64,000 nt of DNA. It comes from an uncultured virus (IMG/VR IMGVR_UViG_3300020576_003687) (lineage: Duplodnaviria; Heunggongvirae; Uroviricota; Caudoviricetes). Shown here piece after piece: positions 18,944 to 27,547 of this stretch. Location of the stretch: IMG/VR virus record IMGVR_UViG_3300020576_003687; one strand, 5' to 3'. Numbering within the stretch: position 1 is the stretch's first letter; each line of letters begins with the position of its first letter. Under the pieces are notes generated by a model that made no database searches, was not told the origin of the DNA, and saw only the letters and a list, made by a program, of their open reading frames with translations. Made by a program: the position numbers and the translations under genes.

Positions 18944-19258
18944 ATGTCACAAGATCAAAATATGAGAAAGTCCGTTGTACGCAAAGCTATTATTAGGAAA
19001 TATAATACTGCAAAGTTTGAGACAATGGACATTATTGTAGAGCATCAGATTGAGATTGAATGGGAAAACATTGATATGTTGCGAGCCAAAAGCGACGGTA
19101 TCACAACTCTTGTGAGAGAGGATTTCGAGAATACCCAGAAGAGGGTTTTTGAGGAATTGAACCTTAATGGATTCTCCGCGATTGTATCTTCTACGACCAA
19201 TAATAATAAACGTGGTCTAACTGAAGAAGAAAAGAAAGATTTTGACGCTCTTGATTGA
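18944..19258 (+). CDS. Hypothetical protein
   Basis: ORF with SD GGAG before ATG 18944. Confidence 0.6.
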   Translation: MSQDQNMRKSVVRKAIIRKYNTAKFETMDIIVEHQIEIEWENIDMLRAKSDGITTLVREDFENTQKRVFEELNLNGFSAIVSSTTNNNKRGLTEEEKKDFDALD

Positions 19259-19277
19259 AGTTAAAGGAAGACAATAA

Positions 19278-20456
19278 ATGCCGTCGATAAATGAACAGCT
19301 TTTAGATGACATTTTTGGTATTCCCAAAGATGGATCGAATATCAGAGAAGAAGACGACGAAAGCCAGGAAACTTCTTATGCTGAGGTCATAAAGACCGGA
19401 GGCGCTGAAGGTTTTGAGCAGAAGTCAAAAAAGCTGAATGAGGTCTTAGCAACAGATGCTCCTCCGAGTGAGGATACTTATGTTGCAAAGGAGCAAGGCA
19501 ATGAAGCGAAGATCAAACAAGAACCAGTCGTTCAGCAACCAATCACAATCGCAGAACCCAGCAAGAACTCGTTTGAGAAGATACTCAAGCAGTCAGTTCT
19601 CCCTGGAAAGCCTGTCAGCGAGGAGACTAAACCCGTGGCGCAAAAACAAACCGCTCATAATGAAGATACAGACGCTGGAGAAGAAGCTGAGGAGACAAAG
19701 GAGGAGTCCGTAACGACTCCTTCGGTTGCGAGTAAGGCAGACGAAGATGGCTGGACTCTTGTTCCTCCGTCGCCAATGTTTGCTCATTTCTATTCGGAAA
19801 AGCATAGCTTTATCAAGTCGCTTACAAGGGGTGGAAAACCTCTTCTTGTTGATAAGCTTATGGCCGAGCTTAGGACTTGTCATGTTAGTACAAGTACAGA
19901 GTTGATGGATCTGGAGGGAATGGCTGATAAGCTCAATAAGATTCAATCTCTTCTTGATAGAGTTGTTGAAATCAAGATTCAAGCAACAGGTCAATGTTCC
20001 GCCTCTAAAAGAGGCGTTGAGTTACTAAGGGGCGTTCTTGCAAAGGTTACTTACGAAAAGCCTGCTGCTCGTCAAGACGGCGTTATTCATGATCATATGA
20101 AAGATGTTGAAATGTATGCTTGCGAAGTTGAGGCTCTTGAACAAGCAGCTAAAGACGTTTATCATAACTTGCTTGAGTCGAAAGAGATTCTTAGTCGTAA
20201 GATTAGCATAACGCTTGAACTTCTTAAGCAGCAAAATATTACGGACAGTCATGAAAAGAACTATGCGAACTTGTCCGATAAGGCTAAGAAGGTTGTTGAG
20301 AACGTTTCTGCTCGTTCCTCTGTTTCGCCAGAAATTGCAGCAGAAGGTTTTGATAGATTAGAGGTTCAAGAAGCTGTGAAAGCTCAATCTTCGGCAGCAA
20401 AAACGTCGATGAGTGGTCCAGGAAAGACAGGGAAAATAAGTTGGTTGGATGACTAA
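19278..20456 (+). CDS. Hypothetical protein (acidic low-complexity N-terminus, coiled-coil C-terminus)
   Basis: 392-aa ORF with SD AAGGA. Confidence 0.65.
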   Translation: MPSINEQLLDDIFGIPKDGSNIREEDDESQETSYAEVIKTGGAEGFEQKSKKLNEVLATDAPPSEDTYVAKEQGNEAKIKQEPVVQQPITIAEPSKNSFEKILKQSVLPGKPVSEETKPVAQKQTAHNEDTDAGEEAEETKEESVTTPSVASKADEDGWTLVPPSPMFAHFYSEKHSFIKSLTRGGKPLLVDKLMAELRTCHVSTSTELMDLEGMADKLNKIQSLLDRVVEIKIQATGQCSASKRGVELLRGVLAKVTYEKPAARQDGVIHDHMKDVEMYACEVEALEQAAKDVYHNLLESKEILSRKISITLELLKQQNITDSHEKNYANLSDKAKKVVENVSARSSVSPEIAAEGFDRLEVQEAVKAQSSAAKTSMSGPGKTGKISWLDD

Positions 20457-20726
20457 AGGAATTTGTTGAATTTAGTCGAATTAAGAGTATCCGAGTTTTA
20501 GAGTTCTAGAGATTAGAGAAAGGAGATGTAACCGACAAATGCAAGTAAATCATATTGAAATTGTTAGAAGTTAATGCTAGTTTTAGGTTATGTTTTTATT
20601 GTTATTATAGACAGAGTAAACAGAGACCTAGAGAAAAGAGATTCTGAGCGTTTCAGGGTTTCGAGAAGACGTAGAATAAAAAGCTGAACTCAAACAAATA
20701 GAGTATCAGAGACAAGGAGTTTTGAA

Positions 20727-21404
20727 ATGAGTAAGATAATTAATTGGGATGATATTGATACGACTTCGACGGGTAAGAAGGGCGGCAAGGGCGGAGGCAA
20801 TGATAGCAAGTATCTTAAGTTGACTGGAAGCATCCAGGGTACAACTTACAGAGTCCGTCCTGTTGGCGACCCATGCGGCTTTTACGCCTATTACATTGCA
20901 AATCCAGACGATCCTAAGAGGTTCAACAGGGCCATCACAGAAGACCCTCAGAACTGCATTATTCGTCAGAAGTACAATGTTGAGGCCAAGCCTCGCTATG
21001 CGGTAAATGTCATTGATCGAGCCGATGGCAAGTTGAAGATTATGGAGGCTCCTGCTAGCGTATTTGAGGCAATCAAGCGCTGGGCAAAGGCTTCAGGTCA
21101 GCACCCCGGTAATAGAAACGGCGCAGATTTCGAAATCACCGTTAAGATTCCGGCAAACGGCGACAAGAGGCGTACTGAGTACAACACAACTCCAGTTGTT
21201 CAAACGCCTTTCACTGATGAAGAGAAGGCGATGTTGAAGGAACAGGATCTTTGGGATCTTGGTAAGGAGTTTGCTCCAACTCCTCAGAGCGAAATCGAAG
21301 AGAAGCTTTATCCGAGCAAGTCAAAGGCCCCAGCGCAAGCTGCTTCGGCCCCGACCGCTGCTCCTGCAAAGGCTGCTTCGAGCAAGCTTGATCTTGGATT
21401 CTAA
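20727..21404 (+). CDS. T4 gp32-like single-stranded DNA-binding protein
   Basis: YLKL...YRVRPVG, PRYAVNVIDRADGKLKIME..SVFE, GADFEITVK....TEY, Ala/Pro linker ending LDLGF; directly upstream of recA. Confidence 0.75.
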   Translation: MSKIINWDDIDTTSTGKKGGKGGGNDSKYLKLTGSIQGTTYRVRPVGDPCGFYAYYIANPDDPKRFNRAITEDPQNCIIRQKYNVEAKPRYAVNVIDRADGKLKIMEAPASVFEAIKRWAKASGQHPGNRNGADFEITVKIPANGDKRRTEYNTTPVVQTPFTDEEKAMLKEQDLWDLGKEFAPTPQSEIEEKLYPSKSKAPAQAASAPTAAPAKAASSKLDLGF

Positions 21405-21427
21405 AAGTAAGTAAGTCTGTAATGAAC

Positions 21428-21460
21428 AGGCCGTGGTTTTGTATGAGCCACGGCCTTTTT
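21428..21460 (+). terminator. Rho-independent terminator after SSB
   Basis: Stem AGGCCGTGGTT / AGCCACGGCCT followed by a T run. Confidence 0.8.
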
Positions 21461-21506
21461 GTTACGATGAGCTATCAGTACGCAAACAGAGAAACGGAGA
21501 TGAAAA

Positions 21507-22745
21507 ATGGCAAAGAAAAGTACAGCATTAGCGAATTTTGAAGGTTTTGAGTTTGGTTCTGAGGGTAATCCGACTGAGTTTATCCCAACAGGACATGCTG
21601 AGCTTGATTACATTATTGCAAGCGGCTTATTGAATAATGATGGTGATTCGGTCAAAACAGGCGGTATACCGACTGGTAAGCTTGTTATGATTTATGGCGG
21701 CGAAGGCGGCGGTAAGTCTTCTCTTGCTTATTCAATTTGCGGCAATGCTCAGCGAATGGGAAAGATCCCGATTTGGGTTGACGTTGAGAACTCTTTTAGC
21801 GAGTCTTTGGCAAAGATCAACGGAGTTGACCTTGCAAAGATTGGTCGCAGGTCAATGTTCGACAAGAACAATCCTGACAAGGTTTTCGACGGAGAGTATG
21901 CTCTTGATTGTGTTATGGAGGCTTGCAAGAAAGGCGCAGGAGTTGTTGTTCTTGACTCGGTTGCTTCGCTTGTTCCTCGCTATGTCATGGAGAATCCTGC
22001 TGATAAGGATACGATGGCAGCGCTCGCTCGTTTGCTTGGTAAGACCGTAAACAAGATTTGTAGTCTTGCGGCAGCGAACAACACGCTTGTTATCTTCATT
22101 AATCAGCTTCGTATTTCTCCAACGGCAATGTTCAAAGACCCCGAGGGTTATCCAGGCGGCAAGGCTATTGCCCATGCTTGCTCGGTAATTCTTAAGTTGA
22201 ACAAAGTCAATGCAAAGGATGGATACCGATACATTGAAGATGACGACGGTAAGGAAAGGATGATTTCAGGTTCTGCGAATGTTTTCATTCAGAAGAACCG
22301 CTTTGCTGCTCCTCACTTTGGTGGTATTCGTATTCCGATTTACTATGAACACTACTTCCCTCAAGTTGAAGAAAACGCTTTTGAGTATGGTCGTCAGACG
22401 AAGGTTATTAGCGTTCGTAATGGCGTCTTTTCTTGGGGTGGCTTGAAGGTTGAGGGAAAGAAGGCGTTTATAGCTGAGTTGGTTGCTCAAGACAAGGTTG
22501 GCGAACTTATCAACGCAATCAAGGGCGCTGCTAAGCAAGCTGAAGTTGTTCTCCCTGCTGCAATTTTGAACTACGATAAGCATATTGCGTTTATCGAGCA
22601 GAACAAAGATAAGCTGGAGAATGCGAAGAAGAAAGCGAATAAGCAAAAGTCGAAGAAAGACGAACTAAGTGAAATCCTTGAGGAAGAAGAAGACGGTGTA
22701 TCGAGCGAAACTGAAGTAGAAGTTGTCGAAAATCCTGATGTATGA
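21507..22745 (+). CDS. recA: RecA/UvsX recombinase
   Basis: IPTG...LD, GGIPTGK, YGGEGGGKS, VVVLDSVASLVP, VIFINQLR, PGGKAI.H, KNRFAAP. Confidence 0.92.
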   Translation: MAKKSTALANFEGFEFGSEGNPTEFIPTGHAELDYIIASGLLNNDGDSVKTGGIPTGKLVMIYGGEGGGKSSLAYSICGNAQRMGKIPIWVDVENSFSESLAKINGVDLAKIGRRSMFDKNNPDKVFDGEYALDCVMEACKKGAGVVVLDSVASLVPRYVMENPADKDTMAALARLLGKTVNKICSLAAANNTLVIFINQLRISPTAMFKDPEGYPGGKAIAHACSVILKLNKVNAKDGYRYIEDDDGKERMISGSANVFIQKNRFAAPHFGGIRIPIYYEHYFPQVEENAFEYGRQTKVISVRNGVFSWGGLKVEGKKAFIAELVAQDKVGELINAIKGAAKQAEVVLPAAILNYDKHIAFIEQNKDKLENAKKKANKQKSKKDELSEILEEEEDGVSSETEVEVVENPDV

Positions 22746-23518
22746 AGGTTTATTTTCCAGAAGTAGAGCGGAAGGCGATAGTCAATCTTTCGCAAGAAGT
22801 TCTATGGACGGAAGATACCGAGGATGTTCGAGAGACCCTTAATTATCTAAGGGTTGAACGAGGTCTTACGGACGACGTAATAAAGAAGTTTCGCTTTGGG
22901 TATTATCCTCAAAGATTGAAGAAGCAAGGGCATGATTGGGCCGGAAGGCTCATCATGCCATTATATGACCAGCATGATGAATTGATCATTCTTACATCAA
23001 GAGATTTTAGATGTAAGGATAAGACTAAGATGCCTCATTTGCATGAGCAGTTTGATAAGAAGTTCTTTTTGTTTGGTATGAATGTTGCAAAAGCTAACAT
23101 TATCAAGCATCAAAAGGCGATTGTTGTTGAAGGCCAGTTTGATACGGCATGCGCTCATAGATATGGTTTTGGAGTTACTGTTGGATTGCTTGGAAGCGCC
23201 TTTAGCCCTTACCATTTATGCATTATTTCTAGGTATTGCAGAGATATCTTTCTTAGCTTTGATTCTGACGATTCAGGTTTCAAGAACCTTAGTCGCTCAG
23301 TAAGAATGTATAGAGAGTATGGTCTTGAATCAACGGGAATCCGATTCATTCCTGTTGTTCTACCAAAGCATAAAGATCCTGACGAGTTTCTAAAGAAAGA
23401 ATCAAGTAGTGATTATCTAGAGTTGCTTAGAGAAGCAAAAGCAAAAGTTGAAGAACTTGGATTGAAGAAGTATTGTTTAGGTCTTAGTAATAAACATTCT
23501 CAGTTAGAGATAGATTAG
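22742..23518 (+). CDS. dnaG: DnaG primase catalytic/TOPRIM piece without zinc finger
   Basis: YL..ERGLTDDVIKKFRFGY, GRLIMPL, LFGMN.AK, AIVVEGQFD, FDSDDSG, KDPDEFL. Confidence 0.88.
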   Translation: MKVYFPEVERKAIVNLSQEVLWTEDTEDVRETLNYLRVERGLTDDVIKKFRFGYYPQRLKKQGHDWAGRLIMPLYDQHDELIILTSRDFRCKDKTKMPHLHEQFDKKFFLFGMNVAKANIIKHQKAIVVEGQFDTACAHRYGFGVTVGLLGSAFSPYHLCIISRYCRDIFLSFDSDDSGFKNLSRSVRMYREYGLESTGIRFIPVVLPKHKDPDEFLKKESSSDYLELLREAKAKVEELGLKKYCLGLSNKHSQLEID

Positions 23519-23526
23519 GAAGACGT

Positions 23527-24546
23527 ATGCCTCCTGTTGCACAACCACCTGAAGTAACGAATGTAATGAATGTATTAAACACCTTCCTGAAATGGAAGAA
23601 TCTCAATGGGCCTCCTCGCGGATATTCTTCGTACCATCCTTCTTCATTTGGAGGTTGCTTACGAAAGGTTCAGTATCAAAGATACTCAGACCAAGGCCTT
23701 ATAACGCCTGATAAGGGAGACATAGAGCCAAAGACCGTAAGAATCTTTGATACAGGTCATAGCATGCATGCTCGTTGGTCTCATTATTTCGCGGAAATAG
23801 GAGTTTTGCGAGGCATTTGGCAATGCGCAAATGAATGCTGCCATCTTTGGGATAATGACGGCAATTATCATCCTGATATTCTTCAAAGAGATGGGCTTAA
23901 GGTTCCTGAGGTTGTAGCAAACTTCAAACCGCGAATGTATGGATTAGACAATAAGCTTGGCTGCTTTAAGCCAAAAGAGTGCGTTTGCGGAAATGACAAA
24001 TTCCATTATCATGAAATTACCGTTCAAGATAAGGAACTCAACTTCTATGGTCATTGCGATCAAATTCTCGATTTTTCTAAGTTTGATCCTGCAATGTTCT
24101 CGCAAGGCAATGCTGTTGATGTTCTTTTTAGAGCAGAAGACTTACCCAAGAAGCCTATTGTCTTGGATATGAAGAGTATTAACTCTTACAGTTTCAAATC
24201 AAAGCTTGAAAATGGCCCTTCATTGGTCTATAAAACGCAGTTAGTGATTTATAGCAACATTCTTGACCTTGATTATGGAATATTGATTTACGAGAACAAA
24301 GACGACTCTTCAACCAAGATCTACAAGGTTGAGAGAAATCCAGAGATGTGGCTAAAGATTAAAGAACAGGCTTATAAGCTAAACGAGATGTCCAAGGATA
24401 AGTTACTTCCGCCTCCTCGTCCGCTGTCTAAGGACAGTTATGACTGTAGGTATTGTGAATTTCAGTCGATATGTCATAGTAGTAAAGCTTGGAGCGATCC
24501 AGACTTAATGCAAAAGCGACTGAAGTTTTACGGTATCATAGAATGA
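23527..24546 (+). CDS. PD-(D/E)xK Cas4/RecB-like exonuclease
   Basis: HPSS.GGCLRK, FDTGHSMH, GHCDQIL, VLDMKS, QLVIY, C-terminal CRYCEFQSIC. Confidence 0.8.
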   Translation: MPPVAQPPEVTNVMNVLNTFLKWKNLNGPPRGYSSYHPSSFGGCLRKVQYQRYSDQGLITPDKGDIEPKTVRIFDTGHSMHARWSHYFAEIGVLRGIWQCANECCHLWDNDGNYHPDILQRDGLKVPEVVANFKPRMYGLDNKLGCFKPKECVCGNDKFHYHEITVQDKELNFYGHCDQILDFSKFDPAMFSQGNAVDVLFRAEDLPKKPIVLDMKSINSYSFKSKLENGPSLVYKTQLVIYSNILDLDYGILIYENKDDSSTKIYKVERNPEMWLKIKEQAYKLNEMSKDKLLPPPRPLSKDSYDCRYCEFQSICHSSKAWSDPDLMQKRLKFYGIIE

Positions 24547-24556
24547 GGAGTTAGTT

Positions 24557-24868
24557 ATGTCTAATACTGAGCCGGATATAACCCTGCTAAAAGTAAAGGG
24601 AGAAGGTTCTTTTACTTCGGATGAACTTAGAAAAGGATATGTTAAGAGTCTTGCTTCCGCTGTTTTGACTGTTGTATCAAAACATGGACATGCCAAACTC
24701 AAGACAGTTGGAGCGTCTTCTGGCAATAATGCTTGGAAGGCAATCATTATCGCTCGCGGTGAAGCGGCAAAAAAGGGACTAGACCTTGTGGTTGAGCCAT
24801 CTTTTGACAGCGCTTCGTTCGATGGAGGGGATAAGACTGCTATAGTTTTGAAAGTTGTACCACGATAA
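24557..24868 (+). CDS. spoVS: SpoVS-family protein
   Basis: LLKV..., SLASAV, VGASSGNNAWKAIIIARG....GLDLVVEPSF...DGGDKTAIVLKVVPR parallels the SpoVS consensus. Confidence 0.75.
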   Translation: MSNTEPDITLLKVKGEGSFTSDELRKGYVKSLASAVLTVVSKHGHAKLKTVGASSGNNAWKAIIIARGEAAKKGLDLVVEPSFDSASFDGGDKTAIVLKVVPR

Positions 24869-24877
24869 GGAGCCTTT

Positions 24878-25462
24878 ATGAGTTATGAAGATGAAGCACC
24901 AGGAATGTCGTACTTGAAAGTTGAAGGTATCATCAATGGTACTGAGCAGCTTCAGGACAAGTATGAAATAGAAAACGTTCTACTTGTTTTGCAGAATATG
25001 ACAAAGAAGATTGAGTTTCTCAAAGAACTCAAGAAACGCAGAGTCGCTGCTATTGACGAGCAAATTCAGAAAGAAGAGTCTGACGCTGAAAAGCTTGAAG
25101 AGGCAATCAAGACTTGTATGCAGCGCAATAAGGATAAGACCTTAGATTTCCCTGGCGTTGGTAAGGTTCAGGTTCGTTCTTCAAAGGGAACATGGACGAT
25201 TGTTGACGACGAAGGACTTCGAGACCATTTGCAGGCCCTTGGTAAGTTTGACGAGGTTTCCGAAACTTCTTGGAAGTTCAAGAAGAAGGACTTGAATAAG
25301 CTTCTCGATCAGTTGCTAGAGAATAATAATACTTCTCCTTTCGTTCAGAAAGAGCAAGATAAGACTTCTCTCAGCGTTTCTTTCCCCAAGGAAGAAACAA
25401 CCATTGCTCCTGTTGTTCCTGCGGCTCCTGCTGTTAGAGCGCCTCAAAATATAACAATCTAA
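24878..25462 (+). CDS. Mu Gam/Gp157-like coiled-coil protein (host nuclease inhibitor-like)
   Basis: Coiled coil followed by KTLDFPGVGKVQVR...W.I.D...KKKDL. Confidence 0.5.
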   Translation: MSYEDEAPGMSYLKVEGIINGTEQLQDKYEIENVLLVLQNMTKKIEFLKELKKRRVAAIDEQIQKEESDAEKLEEAIKTCMQRNKDKTLDFPGVGKVQVRSSKGTWTIVDDEGLRDHLQALGKFDEVSETSWKFKKKDLNKLLDQLLENNNTSPFVQKEQDKTSLSVSFPKEETTIAPVVPAAPAVRAPQNITI

Positions 25463-26070
25463 TGTCTCGCGCAATATTCATAATTGGCCCTCAGGGATCT
25501 GGTTCCTCTTGTTTAGCCGGAGCGCTTCATGTCGCTGGTATAAACATGGGGTCTAATCTCAGAGGGTCAAGTCGTCTTAATCCAAAAGGTCATTTTGAAG
25601 ACCTTCCTTTTGAACTTTTAGCAAGTAAAGAGGATGCGATTGAGAGAGAACATGAGTTTAGAGCATACTTTGAGGAGCGTAATAAGAGTCCTCTTTGGGG
25701 TCTTAAGTCGTATCAGATAGCTTTTTGCTATAAGTATGTTCTTCCGTACACTAACTGTAGAATTTTGTCTATAGATAGGCCAGAAGAAGGCGCAATTAAG
25801 AGTTCTCTTGTAAAATATGGTCATTTTAGAACTAGGGAATTCATAGAGCATATACATTCTCTAATAAGACTTCATAGAAAGAATCTTATAGAAGAGTATG
25901 ATTTACCTAATCTTAATGTGAATTTCAATGAGCTAACAGATAATCCTGGCGAGATGATACCTAAAATTCTTGGCTTTTGTTGCGAAGGGATTGACGCTCA
26001 AGGTATTGATATTCAAGCTGCAATAGACTTTGTTGATCCCAAACTAAATCATAAAAGGGAGCTTCAGTGA
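25462..26070 (+). CDS. Sulfotransferase-family P-loop protein
   Basis: IFIIGPQGSGSSCLAGALH..GINMG, NPKGHFED, WGLK, FVDPKLNH. Confidence 0.7.
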   Translation: MSRAIFIIGPQGSGSSCLAGALHVAGINMGSNLRGSSRLNPKGHFEDLPFELLASKEDAIEREHEFRAYFEERNKSPLWGLKSYQIAFCYKYVLPYTNCRILSIDRPEEGAIKSSLVKYGHFRTREFIEHIHSLIRLHRKNLIEEYDLPNLNVNFNELTDNPGEMIPKILGFCCEGIDAQGIDIQAAIDFVDPKLNHKRELQ

Positions 26071-26831
26071 TGCTTTATTCGGTTACACCTAAAAAAGAAA
26101 AGGAAGCTAGAGTTTCCTTAAATGTTCTATACAGTAAAATTCCAGATACAAAAGGCTGCATGGAGCATATAGGAAAGCCTGAGTCAGAGGGCGGTTGCGG
26201 CGCTTGGTGTTGCCGAATGCAGACTCCACAGGTTTTGTATTCAGAGTTTTTGAATACATGGAAGAATGTAACATCTTCTTTTTCTGATGGTGATTTTGAA
26301 TCGTTGATAGAAAGATGCTTGAGAAAGTATCTTTATCCAAATGAAGATAAGGGCTGCGTTTTCTTGAACAAAGAAACGAATATGTGCGCTCAACATGAAA
26401 CAAGGCCTTTTAACTGTAGGGTTTATGGTATTATTCCAGAAGAAGAGTTCAAGCCAAGATATGAGCGGTTGAAAGTCATTTATCCTGACGTTCGAGAGCA
26501 ATGTAATCTTGTTTCTACTGTTGACGGTAGAAAGGTTACAAAGAAAGACACGGACAATTGGTGGCTAGAACTTAAGTCGATAGAAATGAAAATGGGCGTG
26601 AAGCCTGATTTGATTTCTGACGACGACGGAGGTTCTTATAGAACCTATCACGATCATATCCTTATTCATCTTTTAGGCGAAGAGAATTTGTATAAGCTTT
26701 CGGAAATACGAGTTGGCGGCTCTAAGATTGATAAGGAGCGAGTCATTCAAAGAATGATGGGCATGTTGAAGAAGTTCAAGGAGCAGAAACGTGAGCAAGC
26801 CAAAGAAGATGCTTCCTCCAAGGAAGGCTAA
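26067..26831 (+). CDS. YkgJ-family (CxxCxxCC) Fe-S/Zn cluster protein
   Basis: CGAWCC, CVFL...CAQHETRPFNCRVYG. Confidence 0.8.
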   Translation: MMLYSVTPKKEKEARVSLNVLYSKIPDTKGCMEHIGKPESEGGCGAWCCRMQTPQVLYSEFLNTWKNVTSSFSDGDFESLIERCLRKYLYPNEDKGCVFLNKETNMCAQHETRPFNCRVYGIIPEEEFKPRYERLKVIYPDVREQCNLVSTVDGRKVTKKDTDNWWLELKSIEMKMGVKPDLISDDDGGSYRTYHDHILIHLLGEENLYKLSEIRVGGSKIDKERVIQRMMGMLKKFKEQKREQAKEDASSKEG

Positions 26832-27141
26832 AGTTATTGAAGGCAAGTATCTTGAGCATGCCGATCTTATTAGCTGGACTTTGAAGTTTGCTGATTCAGG
26901 AGTAGAGCAGACTTATGTTTGGCCTAGTGTAGATCTTCTTTCTTGTCTTAATATCAAAGGCAAGGCAACCACAGAAATGCTTCACAAGTTTTGTTCAGAT
27001 ATGACTGGTAAAGACATTAATTTTGTCATAGACGAAGAACCTAGCCTGCCAAAGCCTGCTGCTATTGCTGAATATCAAGGGCTTAGTGACGGCCTTCGTG
27101 AATACTTTGGGGTTTCAAGAAAAAATGCCGAAAGAGGGTAA
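26791..27141 (+). CDS. Hypothetical protein
   Basis: 116-aa ORF filling the gap between neighbours. Confidence 0.55.
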   Translation: MSKPKKMLPPRKAKVIEGKYLEHADLISWTLKFADSGVEQTYVWPSVDLLSCLNIKGKATTEMLHKFCSDMTGKDINFVIDEEPSLPKPAAIAEYQGLSDGLREYFGVSRKNAERG

Positions 27142-27142
27142 C

Positions 27143-27547
27143 ATGAGTTCATTTACTATACGAATTTTTGGTTCGCCAGAATGCGAGCGATGCCAAGCTC
27201 TAGTTAAGGCTTTCCAGTACCATGATATTGCGTATGAGTATGTTGATGCTGATGCTGCTGAAAATGAAGCATTATGCGATACCTATAATGTAGACGAACT
27301 TCCGCATATACAGGCAAGATATTCTGAAAGCGGAAAGGTTTTTCATACTCATATAGGTTACACTAGTCCAATTGCTTTTATAGAGAAGGCTAGAGAGCAT
27401 ACAAAACAATTGGAAGAGTTCTTCAAAATGAACGCAAGCGTTGCGAATAAGGTTGTAGGTCATCAAGAAGTAATGAGGTCCGTTCATGAGCAGCAATCAA
27501 AGCGTCCCTGCGGAGGGTGTTCGAAGAAAAATCAGCCTAAACCCTGA
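27143..27547 (+). CDS. Glutaredoxin/thioredoxin-like protein
   Basis: IFGSPECERC, YEYVD, YNVDELPHI. Confidence 0.7.
   Translation: MSSFTIRIFGSPECERCQALVKAFQYHDIAYEYVDADAAENEALCDTYNVDELPHIQARYSESGKVFHTHIGYTSPIAFIEKAREHTKQLEEFFKMNASVANKVVGHQEVMRSVHEQQSKRPCGGCSKKNQPKP

Noticed and set aside
23527..24546. CRISPR-Cas system suggested by the Cas4-like nuclease
   Set aside because: No repeat-spacer array or other cas genes seen; stand-alone Cas4-like nucleases are common in phage recombination modules.
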